Of a stretch of 20,000 bases of DNA, positions 1 to 19,410 are shown piece after piece. This stretch comes from Candidatus Heimdallarchaeota archaeon. GTDB taxonomy: Archaea > Asgardarchaeota > Heimdallarchaeia > Heimdallarchaeales > Heimdallarchaeaceae. The stretch lies in contig JAHLWR010000002.1 of NCBI GenBank assembly GCA_019057815.1, forward strand, positions 230,259 through 250,258, given 5' to 3'. The notes beneath the pieces are model-generated. The model ran no database searches. It saw nothing but the letters and a program-made list of their open reading frames with translations, and was not told where the DNA came from. Each line of letters opens with the position of its first letter. The first letter of the stretch is position 1. Made by a program: the position numbers and the translations under genes.

Positions 1-1535
1 AATTGCTATAATAAATGGTACAACATTGAAATCTCTTATCAAAGCATAAGGATCAGAGTGTTCTCCCATAAAGTTGTGTAAGGGACCTTCGATAAAGAAA
101 CCCGTGGCAACGACTAGGACAGCTAGAATTCCCAAAGCGATTCTCATTATGTATTTAGGCTTGTGTACTTGAGCTCCACGATTTTTTCCATGGAAAATCA
201 TTAAGAACATCCTTGTAGCGTATAAAGCTGTCAAGAAGGCTGTAAGTATAGCTATAATGAAGACAAACCATGAACCATTATCATAAGCTACAGTGATAAT
301 CATCTCTTTGGAATATCCACCATTCGTAAGTATTGGAATACCAATCAAACCAAGGACACCAACTAATGCGAAACCATAAACCCATGGTAATTCCTTTCGG
401 AGACCACCCATCTTTTTAATATTTCTTTCATTAGCTAGAGAATGAATTATTGCACCAGCTGATAGGAAGAGCAATGCTTTGAAAATGGAGTGAGAGAATA
501 AGTGCATTTCACCTGCAAATAATCCTTTACCCTCTGAATCGCGTATTGTTAAAGCTAAGAACATGTAACTCAACTGAGAGATAGTACTATAAGCTAAGAC
601 TCTCTTCAAATCTGTAGTAACAAGAGCAGCAATTGCGGCTAAGACACATGAAACTCCAGCTATTATCATTAGTAGAACATAGAAGACTGTTTCATTCCAT
701 ATTGGGCTGAATCGAGCTACTAAATATATACCAGCTTTGACCATTGTTGCGGCATGTATAAGAGCTGAAACGGTTGTAGGGCCTTGCATAGCATCAATGT
801 CTACAGTATCACCAGAACTTAACCAAGATTGAAGTGGAAATTGTGCTGATTTTGACACAGGTGCCAACAAGAGTAATATACTCATCACTATAGGATAACT
901 TCCACCTAGTAGAGGTGAAGTAGGATCGATTATTAGACTGTGGGGTGTTGTACTGAAGTATGCAAAAGCTAGGAAAGCAAGAAATCCAACATCACCAATA
1001 CCAGTCATAAGAAGAGCTTTTATACCGCTCTTTGCTGGTTTTGCACCTTCTTCGCCTTTCTTCATGTAGAAGTGACCTATTAGGAAACAAGAGCACAAAC
1101 CTACGATTTCCCATCCAATAAATAGGAAAATCATATCATGAGCAAGTACTAAAAGCAACATTCCTCCAACAAACAATTGTAAGAAGAACCAGTATCGGGT
1201 ACGATATTTGTCTCCAGCCATATATTCTAGAGAGAAGAAAGCTATCAACATGCTGAGCACAGATACAATCAAAGTCATCAATACTGATAACGGATCAAGA
1301 TAGAACCCAGATTCTATACCATTACTTCCTACCCAATCTAGCCAAGCAAAATCGTGAGAGATAGGTTCTCCACCATATAAGATGAAAATTATCACCGCGG
1401 AAATTGCCGAAACAGCTATAGTAGTTACACCAAAAACATCTCGAACAGCTGACCATTTCTTTAGTAAGGGTACTATAAATGCACCTATTATCGGAGATAA
1501 AATCGCTATTATTGTAAAGATAAATATTGTTTCCA
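1..1535 (-). CDS. nuoL: NuoL/FpoL-like proton-pumping subunit (C-terminus beyond left edge)
   Basis: Reverse-strand translation from ATG at 1535 gives METIFIFTIIAILSPIIGAFIVPLLKKW..., with LFIGWEIVGLCSCFLIGHFY, PVSKSAQFPLQSWL, GPTTVSALIHAATMVKAGIYLVAR and LAYSTISQLSYMFLAL, all typical of NuoL-type antiporter-like subunits. GAGGTG Shine-Dalgarno-like sequence upstream. Partial at window edge, so not in the ORF track. Confidence 0.93.
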
Positions 1536-1541
1536 TTTATT

Positions 1542-1870
1542 TCACCTCTTCAAAGTTGCCATCTCATCCGTATCTACGCTTTTAGCGTGACGATAGTTAT
1601 TGATGACAAGTGCTAAGCCTAGGGCCATGACTGCTGCACCTACAGCTAATGATATCAATGGAAATACAAGAGCAAACTCTGTAAACCAAATGAAAGTTCC
1701 ATCTCCAGTTGTTTCAAATTCAGTACCAAGAGCAATGAACACAAGGTTGGCAGCAATAGTCATAATTTCAATTCCCATCAATATTTTAATCACATTTCTT
1801 TTACCAAGTAATGCGTATAATCCTACACCAAATAGAACTATAGCTAAAATTAGTAAAACAATTTGGTCAA

Positions 1871-1874
<4 letters not shown>
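1542..1874 (-). CDS. nuoK: NuoK/MrpC-like membrane subunit
   Basis: 110 aa, three hydrophobic segments, GKRNVIKILMGIEIM motif and GLALVINNYR; lies between the J-like and L-like genes and overlaps the J-like ORF by 4 nt; GGAGG upstream of the start. Confidence 0.87.
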
Positions 1875-3800
<1,926 letters not shown>

Positions 3801-3835
3801 TTAATCCTCCAATTGGGACAATATTATTTTTCACT

Positions 3836-3859
3836 TGTAACCCCTAACAAGGGATTACA
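3836..3859. promoter_or_regulatory. Imperfect palindrome upstream of the nuoH-like operon, candidate operator
   Basis: TGTAACCCCT-AACA-AGGGATTACA, 9 of 10 positions complementary, about 40 nt upstream of the nuoH start codon. Confidence 0.4.
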
Positions 3860-4069
3860 TTGACGACATAGTAGGTCAAAAGCAACTAATTAAAAAGGTT
3901 TACCGTCAATCGCGTCGAAATTTCTTAATAAGACACACAATCATACTTAAGAAAAGTATCACCACATATAGAAGCGTAATTTAACGCTCCAACACTTCTT
4001 GTTGAGAGTATTGATATAATGAAAAATAGGAACAAAAAATTATCTGGTGTTTTGAAAGGTTACAACAAA

Positions 4070-7507
<3,438 letters not shown>

Positions 7508-7609
7508 TTAAGTATGAAGATATTGCGAGAAAAGATATCATAAATGTCCCCTCAACTTTTTAAAAGCGCGCTTCCACAGATATTCGAAGATACTAAATGG
7601 AGATTCTAA

Positions 7610-8407
7610 ATGTCTTTAAGTAGGGATTTAAAAAAAGCAAAAAAGGCTTATGAAGATGGTGATGTAGATGCATCGATTGAAGCTCACTCAGTTTTTGCGC
7701 CTGAAAGGCACCAACAAGAAGCTGGAAGATATATTAAAAGTATAATTTATGGGGGGCTTGATGGAATTATAACGACTTTTGCCGTTGTTGCTGGTGTAAC
7801 AGGAGCAAAATTACCTTTAGCAATTGTTGTAATTCTAGGTCTTGCTAATTTATTAGCTGATGGTCTTTCAATGGGAATAGGAGATTATCTTAGTTCTAAA
7901 TCTGAGAAAGAATATCAAGCTGATGAACGCAGAAGGGAAGAATGGGAAGTAGAACACTATCCTGAAGGGGAGAAGCTAGAAATGTTAGAAATATATCAAG
8001 CAAAAGGGATGAGCAAAAACGATGCAGAAACAGTTATTGAAATAATTTCAAAATACCCAAAAGCATGGGTAGATATTATGATGGCTGAAGAATTGGAGAT
8101 TATTGAAACAAAAGATTCACCAGTAAAAAATGGTCTAGTAACTTTTCTTTCATTTGTAGTTTTTGGATTTATTCCACTATCATCTTATGTTATCGCACAA
8201 CTGATTCCAGCACTAGAAAACAACCCAACATTATCATTCATAATAGCATGTGCTTTAACAGGCTTAGCACTGTTCACACTTGGAGCGTTAAAGGTAAAAG
8301 TGACTGGAAAAAACTTCATTAAATCAGGACTAGAAATGTTTGCATTAGGAGGGTTAGCAGCAGCAGCAGCATTTGGAATTGGATACTTACTAAGAGGGAT
8401 AGCGTAG
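7610..8407 (+). CDS. VIT1/CCC1-family (iron/manganese) transporter
   Basis: 265 aa; [48 protein letters not shown], and C-terminal TM segments with [14 protein letters not shown], typical of the VIT family. Confidence 0.92.
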   Translation: MSLSRDLKKAKKAYEDGDVDASIEAHSVFAPERHQQEAGRYIKSIIYGGLDGIITTFAVVAGVTGAKLPLAIVVILGLANLLADGLSMGIGDYLSSKSEKEYQADERRREEWEVEHYPEGEKLEMLEIYQAKGMSKNDAETVIEIISKYPKAWVDIMMAEELEIIETKDSPVKNGLVTFLSFVVFGFIPLSSYVIAQLIPALENNPTLSFIIACALTGLALFTLGALKVKVTGKNFIKSGLEMFALGGLAAAAAFGIGYLLRGIA

Positions 8408-8426
8408 AAAGGAACAGAAGAAAATT

Positions 8427-8540
8427 TGGAGCCACGACGGGGATTTGAACCCCGGAGCCTAACGGCAATGGATTAGCAATCCATCCTCATTTCGCGAATT
8501 ATTAGAAACTTCAAATATTTTACCGCTTGAGTATCGTGGC
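8427..8540 (-). tRNA. tRNA-Ser(GCT), CCA encoded, with long insertion in D-loop region
   Basis: Reverse strand: acceptor GCCACGA/TCGTGGC, D-stem CTC/GAG, anticodon arm ATGGA-TTGCTAA-TCCAT (anticodon GCT at 8475..8477), variable stem GCC-GTTA-GGC, T arm CGGGG-TTCAAAT-CCCCG, then T and CCA. D-loop spans 8489..8528 (40 nt). Confidence 0.88.
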
Positions 8541-8603
8541 TTGTCCAGTTTTTAACCTAATTATTTCTAATTTAAATATTTCGACCTTCTGCTTCTCATT
8601 ATT

Positions 8604-8870
8604 TTGTTGTTTTTCGTGCCTATAGTAACCTTAAAAAATAAATTTTTAATTCGTTTTTTGCCTAGTATGATCAGACATCATCTGGATGCGTTCCAGATGC
8701 ACAGGAAAGTTAAGTTCTTCCCCTTGAGGCTTGGTACTAAGATCCGTGAGGTCTTGGAAGGGTTATTAGCTGCGATACGTTGCGACCATAGTGAAGAAGT
8801 AACACTCAGACTTATTCTGAACCTAAAATCCATGCTTGGTGAAATCTTTTTAGACGCCCTATTACTTTAA
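8604..8870 (+). other. Uncharacterised small ORF (88 aa) or non-coding locus
   Basis: Open frame only; no recognisable motifs. The central part is less AT-rich than the flanks and contains an 8-bp inverted repeat at 8679..8699. Confidence 0.25.
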
Positions 8871-8958
8871 GAAATTTGCTTTCCAAGTTTCAATTTAGCA
8901 AAAACTTTAAAAATTAGCATTCGCTTTCAATCTCGTTCTGGAAATAGTAGGGGAAACT

Positions 8959-9306
8959 ATGCTGAAATCAGAAACTAATCCACCTGACACAGAGAATTTC
9001 AAACCAATTAGTCCACCTTTTATTTTCCGAGACCCTAATTCTCCTAAAACTATTTTTAGTGTGGCACATACAGTGCAGGAATTAGTAGAGATTTTACCTT
9101 ATGTTCCCTTCTTTTCTATTGAATTCCACCTATATAGAATTGAAAAAGACAATTCAGTTATAAGCGATCTAGGATCATGGATTCGTTATATACTTGGTTT
9201 AGAAGAACTATCTAAAGAAGTAGAACGCCTAGGTTCCGAATTTGATGGATTAGAATTGAAAGAAAAATTCATTCATCTAATGAATGATCATATTTTTGAT
9301 GAGTGA
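8959..9306 (+). CDS. Small DUF5752-like protein
   Basis: 115 aa; HTVQELVEILPYVPFFSIEFHLYR...SDLGSWIRYILGLEELSKEVERLG resembles the DUF5752 pattern as recalled; family call tentative. Confidence 0.5.
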   Translation: MLKSETNPPDTENFKPISPPFIFRDPNSPKTIFSVAHTVQELVEILPYVPFFSIEFHLYRIEKDNSVISDLGSWIRYILGLEELSKEVERLGSEFDGLELKEKFIHLMNDHIFDE

Positions 9307-9316
9307 TTAAACTCGT

Positions 9317-9979
9317 TCATGCCTTTCTAAATACTAGAGCTGTTGGTTCAAAAATATCTCCACGATTCAGGAGGTCGTGTATTATTTCTTCCACAACTGC
9401 TTTTTCTAGTTTGGTTTTTTCTAATATTTCATCTAAGGTAACACTTGAATTAGATTCAGCTATGATTTCCCATACTATATCTCTAGCTTTCTCTTTTTCC
9501 TCATCTATTTCTTTTTCAAGTTTTTCTCGCTTTAGAGCAGGTATGGTGAAACCTTTATCTAAATACCGTTTCACTTTTTTTACCCTCATATAAAGCTCTC
9601 TGTCATGAGAATCAACGTTTATAACTGTTTCAGGCACAAGGAAAATTTCATCCTCAGAGCTTCTAGGTCTTCCTATAATATCAACTTCATTTCCAACTCC
9701 ATACCTATTAAGCACTTGTGCCCCTTCTTCCCAACCTTTTACTTGTATCGTTTCAGTTCCATCATCAATGGAAATCGCTGTGAATTCTTTTTTGTCTGCG
9801 GAACCAAGACTATGGTATTTGTGCACTAGGGTTCCAGTTATTCTTATCCTGTAAATTTTCTCATTGTTTGCTGTCATTAGTACATAACGAAATCGCTCTT
9901 CACCCTCTTTTATTACTCTACCATTTATTACATCAGAGATATACACTAATATAGCTGGGCCTTGGATAAATTTATTCAT
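9317..9979 (-). CDS. OB-fold plus winged-helix protein, RPA32-like single-stranded DNA-binding subunit
   Basis: 220 aa; central OB-fold-like region (RIRITGTLVHKYHS...AISIDDGTETIQVKGWEE...VDIIGRPRSSEDEIFL) followed by a charged linker and a C-terminal wHTH-like segment (VTLDEILEKTKLEKAVVEEIIHDLLNRGDIFEP). Confidence 0.7.
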   Translation of the reverse strand: MNKFIQGPAILVYISDVINGRVIKEGEERFRYVLMTANNEKIYRIRITGTLVHKYHSLGSADKKEFTAISIDDGTETIQVKGWEEGAQVLNRYGVGNEVDIIGRPRSSEDEIFLVPETVINVDSHDRELYMRVKKVKRYLDKGFTIPALKREKLEKEIDEEKEKARDIVWEIIAESNSSVTLDEILEKTKLEKAVVEEIIHDLLNRGDIFEPTALVFRKA

Positions 9980-10147
9980 TTTTTTCCCTAAAAATTCTTA
10001 ATTCTAACTCCTATCTTAATATTAAATACTTTTCTTTATACATTGTTAAATACATCGACAAAAAAGTAAAATAACTAAACATGCTTGAGATAACCTGTAA
10101 TTCACCATTCTAAAGATGTATTTCTCAACTAACCAATCCTTTTTTAA

Positions 10148-11479
<1,332 letters not shown>

Positions 11480-11605
11480 TGAAATAACACTCAACAAAGA
11501 AAAATAATAACAGATTTATCCTCTGTCTCAGTATATCGACAGAAAAATGATTTATATTTGGGTTTAAAACCTTTTTTAATATTAGTGCAATAAACGGAAA
11601 GAAAA

Positions 11606-11950
11606 TTGGTTGTCCTAGCTTTGGGAGGAAACATGATTCTTCAAAGAGGACAGAAAGGAACATTTGAAGGTGCTATAGCTGTTATAGATAAAGATCGAGC
11701 ATCAGCAGTCCTAGCTGCCCAAATTGGTGCGCGTATCTTAATTATTCTAACTGATGTACCTAATGCGTTCATAAATCACAACAAAGAAAATCAAGAAACT
11801 ATTGGGAAAATAGACATAGCTCTAGCTATGAATTATTATGCTGAGAGGCATTTTATTAAAGGTAGTATGGGTCCAAAAATTGAATCAGTAATTAAGTTTG
11901 TCAAAGAAACTCAGGGATTAGCTATTATCACTAATCCTGAAAATGAATAA
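11606..11950 (+). pseudogene. Internally deleted carbamate kinase remnant
   Basis: 115 aa. N-terminus VVLALGGNMILQRGQKGTFE matches the carbamate kinase start, then joins directly to the C-terminal part AIAVIDKDRASAVLAAQIGARILIILTDV...HFIKGSMGPKIESVIKFVKETQGLAIITNPENE. The middle of the roughly 310-aa family and the final segment are absent. Confidence 0.82.
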
Positions 11951-12021
11951 AAGCCCCTCATGGTGAAGCTAGAACAAGAATTACACCCTAAGTACAAATC
12001 TGTTGTTGAAAATCATTTTTT

Positions 12022-12060
12022 GACCCTATTTCACCGTTTTTCTAGCTGTAGAATAGGGTC
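12022..12060. repeat. Inverted repeat (9-bp arms) in the gyrB upstream region
   Basis: GACCCTATT (12022..12030) and AATAGGGTC (12052..12060) with a 21-nt spacer. Confidence 0.5.
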
Positions 12061-12185
12061 TCAACCAATTTGTTTTTAAAGGATAATTCGATTATTTTTA
12101 TAGTGTAAAGTTAAAAATCAGCCGACTTTAAACGAAAAGAAAGCAAAATTGTTTCCATCATGGGGAATAAAAAAAATTCAATTAA

Positions 12186-14294
<2,109 letters not shown>

Positions 14295-14305
14295 AATAGG
14301 ATTAG

Positions 14306-16876
<2,571 letters not shown>

Positions 16877-16920
16877 AATAGTTCAACAAATGTTTAAAAG
16901 CCTAAAACTCATATATTTTC

Positions 16921-18807
16921 TTGATGTTGCCTATTCTCTCTGAATTTGAGTTTTCTCACATTATTCCACTTTCAGAATCATCAACGCACAGAATAGAGAT
17001 TCTAGAGGGAATCAATGTTTTACATGCAGAAAATGGTTATGGAAAAACAACTCTTCTTGACATTATTGAAAGATCTATTTGTTCTGATGCACATGCACAA
17101 AGATATTTCTCTTTTGCAAGGAAAAGAGTTGACAAAAAAGCATACATAAAATCAAAGTGGATAAGTGAAAAAGAAATATCAATCTATCAGAGCTTAACAG
17201 ATGCAGGTATACGAACAAGAGTCACTGAAAGAGGGAAGGGACAGAAGACGCTTTCAAAAGAAGAATATTCAGATTATATGTATAGAGAATTTTGTTTAAC
17301 ATTATTTGATTTCCAAGATCTCTTTCAATCATTATATTATAAAAGAGAAGATGACCACTCAATGCTTGGAAGACAGGAAGAAGCAGATTTACTAAGTTTC
17401 TTTGAATTAATCAATAGGTTTACGAGTGGTGCTCCCGAAGATTATCTACTTAGGCAAAAAATTAGAACAAGAGAAAATGAAAGAAAAAATATTCTTGATC
17501 AGATAAGAAAACTGGAAGAAACAGAAGACAACATTCGAAATGCTATGAAATTGCTAGGGATAGGTGAAGTAGATGAAAAACTTGTATTTGCGAAGCTTAA
17601 AGCCTTTGAAAACGAAAGAAAAAGCAAAGAAGAGCTGATTCAAGGTGAAGACAAGTATATACAAGAGCTTGAAAAAGATGAAGAGAAAAAGAATAAAATC
17701 CTTTCAGACATAAGAGAAGAGAATTATGAGATAAGAGTCAATCTTGATAGATTGAAAAGTAGAAGACGAGAATATGTTATTCAAAGAGAAATGTTAATCA
17801 AAACTTCAAAAATAGCAACAAAGATTGGAAATGAAAAATACGACTACTTAAGAACTAAAGTAAGAAATGATTCTCTGTGTGAGTTTTGCCATACGAATCT
17901 CGAAAAAGTATGGGATGCAAGAATAAACATTGGATGCCCTTTATGTGGAACGGATTGGTCAAAATTACCTTCTTCTCTGAGAGAAGGTTTATTTTCTATT
18001 GAAGCTCAAGATGAGCCTAAAACAGAAGCACTAGAAGGGGAAAGAACTAAAGTTGACAATCTATTGTTTGAAATTAATCAAGAAATAACAAATATAGAAG
18101 AAGAAGAACTTAGAATTGCTAAACAAAAGGAAGAAAAATTGCATGATGAGTTATCAGAAATAAGGTTGGGTTTAAAGAACCATAATCAGAATATTCGTAG
18201 GATTTTGGAAGAGATCAAAGAATCAGATAAGAAATCATCTGGTATAGAGATACAGATGGAGATTTTAACAAAAAATGTCAATTTAAATGCAGTACAAGTA
18301 AACAAGAGAAAAATACTAATCAAATTAGAGAAAATACAAGAAGAAATTGCTAACATTAAAAAACAAGAATCTACTATAAACGAAAGGGCTCAAATAATAA
18401 AACAGTTTTCTGAAACAACAACACAAATTTTTGGTTATGGGATGACAGTTGACCCTAGAACATTAACGATATCATTGATGTTTGATGGAAGTACAAGAGC
18501 ATATGATAGTATGTCAGGAGGAGAAAAATATTTCGTTGATTTATGTCTCAGAATAGCAGTCTGGAAATATCTACTTGCAAAAGGTTTCACAAGTCAAGCA
18601 CTAATGCTAGTTGATAGTCCAGAAAATGCTTTAGATAGTACAAGATTAAAACTTCTAGCCGATGTAATCAATAATGAGAAAAAAGATTTTGTTTTTATTA
18701 TTACAACAAGAAATGAAGAATTCTCTAATTTACTAAAAGGAGAACAAATGAAAGTTAGAAAAGAAGTTCAAACCTCGCTTTTTGACTTCATTGAGCAAAA
18801 TGAATAA
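16921..18807 (+). CDS. SMC/Rad50-like ABC-class ATPase with coiled coils and central four-Cys zinc-ribbon-like module
   Basis: 628 aa; Walker A ENGYGKTTLLDII, long coiled-coil-like segments, CEFC-(15 aa)-CPLC, ABC signature MSGGEKYFVDLCLRIAVWKYLL, Walker B ALMLVDSPENALD, C-terminal QTSLFDFIEQNE. Confidence 0.88.
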   Translation: MMLPILSEFEFSHIIPLSESSTHRIEILEGINVLHAENGYGKTTLLDIIERSICSDAHAQRYFSFARKRVDKKAYIKSKWISEKEISIYQSLTDAGIRTRVTERGKGQKTLSKEEYSDYMYREFCLTLFDFQDLFQSLYYKREDDHSMLGRQEEADLLSFFELINRFTSGAPEDYLLRQKIRTRENERKNILDQIRKLEETEDNIRNAMKLLGIGEVDEKLVFAKLKAFENERKSKEELIQGEDKYIQELEKDEEKKNKILSDIREENYEIRVNLDRLKSRRREYVIQREMLIKTSKIATKIGNEKYDYLRTKVRNDSLCEFCHTNLEKVWDARINIGCPLCGTDWSKLPSSLREGLFSIEAQDEPKTEALEGERTKVDNLLFEINQEITNIEEEELRIAKQKEEKLHDELSEIRLGLKNHNQNIRRILEEIKESDKKSSGIEIQMEILTKNVNLNAVQVNKRKILIKLEKIQEEIANIKKQESTINERAQIIKQFSETTTQIFGYGMTVDPRTLTISLMFDGSTRAYDSMSGGEKYFVDLCLRIAVWKYLLAKGFTSQALMLVDSPENALDSTRLKLLADVINNEKKDFVFIITTRNEEFSNLLKGEQMKVRKEVQTSLFDFIEQNE

Positions 18808-18831
18808 ATAATAAAAAAAGGAAAGAACCTC

Positions 18832-19275
18832 TTAAGCATAACCTTCTTTTTTCTTAAATTCACCTGATAAAATCTGCTTTATTAGTTTGTCAAAAGGAGC
18901 TTTTCCAACAGCTCCAACTACATTTCCTAGAAATTTACCGTTGTGGAAAACTAGAAAATTGGGAATTGAAGAAACATTATAACGCATAGCAGTACGACGA
19001 TTTTGATCAATATTAAGCTTACCTACAGAAACTTTTTCTTTCATATCCTTTGCAATCTGTTCCATAACAGGAGCCATACTTCTACAAGGACCACACCAAG
19101 CAGCCCAACAATCTACAATCACGATTCGTTGTTGTTTAACAAATTCGTCAAAATCTGCATCTGTCACATCAACAGCTTTTCCTGTTGGAAATTTTGATTG
19201 ATTAGTATTAGTTTCACCTTGTAAATATTGTCTATATTTTTCACGTTTTATTTTCTCAAGTTCATTATCAACCAT
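18832..19275 (-). CDS. Thioredoxin
   Basis: 147 aa; IVDCWAAWCGPCRSMAPVMEQIAKD, SSIPNFLVFHNGK; about 30-residue N-terminal extension. Confidence 0.95.
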   Translation of the reverse strand: MVDNELEKIKREKYRQYLQGETNTNQSKFPTGKAVDVTDADFDEFVKQQRIVIVDCWAAWCGPCRSMAPVMEQIAKDMKEKVSVGKLNIDQNRRTAMRYNVSSIPNFLVFHNGKFLGNVVGAVGKAPFDKLIKQILSGEFKKKEGYA

Positions 19276-19295
19276 TTTTCATCCAACTTATACGT

Positions 19296-19316
19296 TATGT
19301 GCCATGGTAGCACATA
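19296..19316. promoter_or_regulatory. Perfect 7-bp-arm palindrome in the thioredoxin upstream region, candidate operator
   Basis: TATGTGC-CATGGTA-GCACATA, 21 nt upstream of the thioredoxin ATG. Confidence 0.55.
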
Positions 19317-19378
19317 CCGGTTTTTAAAATGTTCTATTGGGCAGTAGTTCCGATAAATAAGAAAAACGTAAGGTTTAA

Positions 19379-19403
19379 GTATGTGCACGATTCATCCACA
19401 TAC
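19379..19403. promoter_or_regulatory. Second inverted repeat with the same half-site, overlapping the annotated start of the HTH gene
   Basis: GTATGTG (19379..19385) and CACATAC (19397..19403), same TATGTG core as 19296..19316. Confidence 0.5.
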
Positions 19404-19410
19404 GAGTGCG

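Noticed and set aside
8427-8540. Selenocysteine tRNA because of a possible 8-bp acceptor stem and long variable arm
   Set aside because: Anticodon is GCT, not TCA, and the 3-bp variable stem fits serine.
8665-8860. SRP RNA or RNase P RNA at the orphan locus
   Set aside because: Fragments such as CAGGAAAGTT and GTGAGGTCTTGGAAGGG loosely recall conserved cores, but the required surrounding helices and consensus motifs could not be assembled.
9303-9829. Plus-strand ORFs 9303..9593 and 9605..9829
   Set aside because: Antisense to the OB-fold protein gene; Ser-rich translation is a typical shadow of the charged opposite frame.
16921-18807. Annotation as canonical Rad50/SbcC
   Set aside because: At 628 aa it is short, it has four cysteines (CEFC...CPLC) instead of a single CxxC hook, and there is no Mre11/SbcD gene adjacent.
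19003-19197. Plus-strand ORF within thioredoxin
   Set aside because: Antisense to the WCGPC-containing thioredoxin frame.
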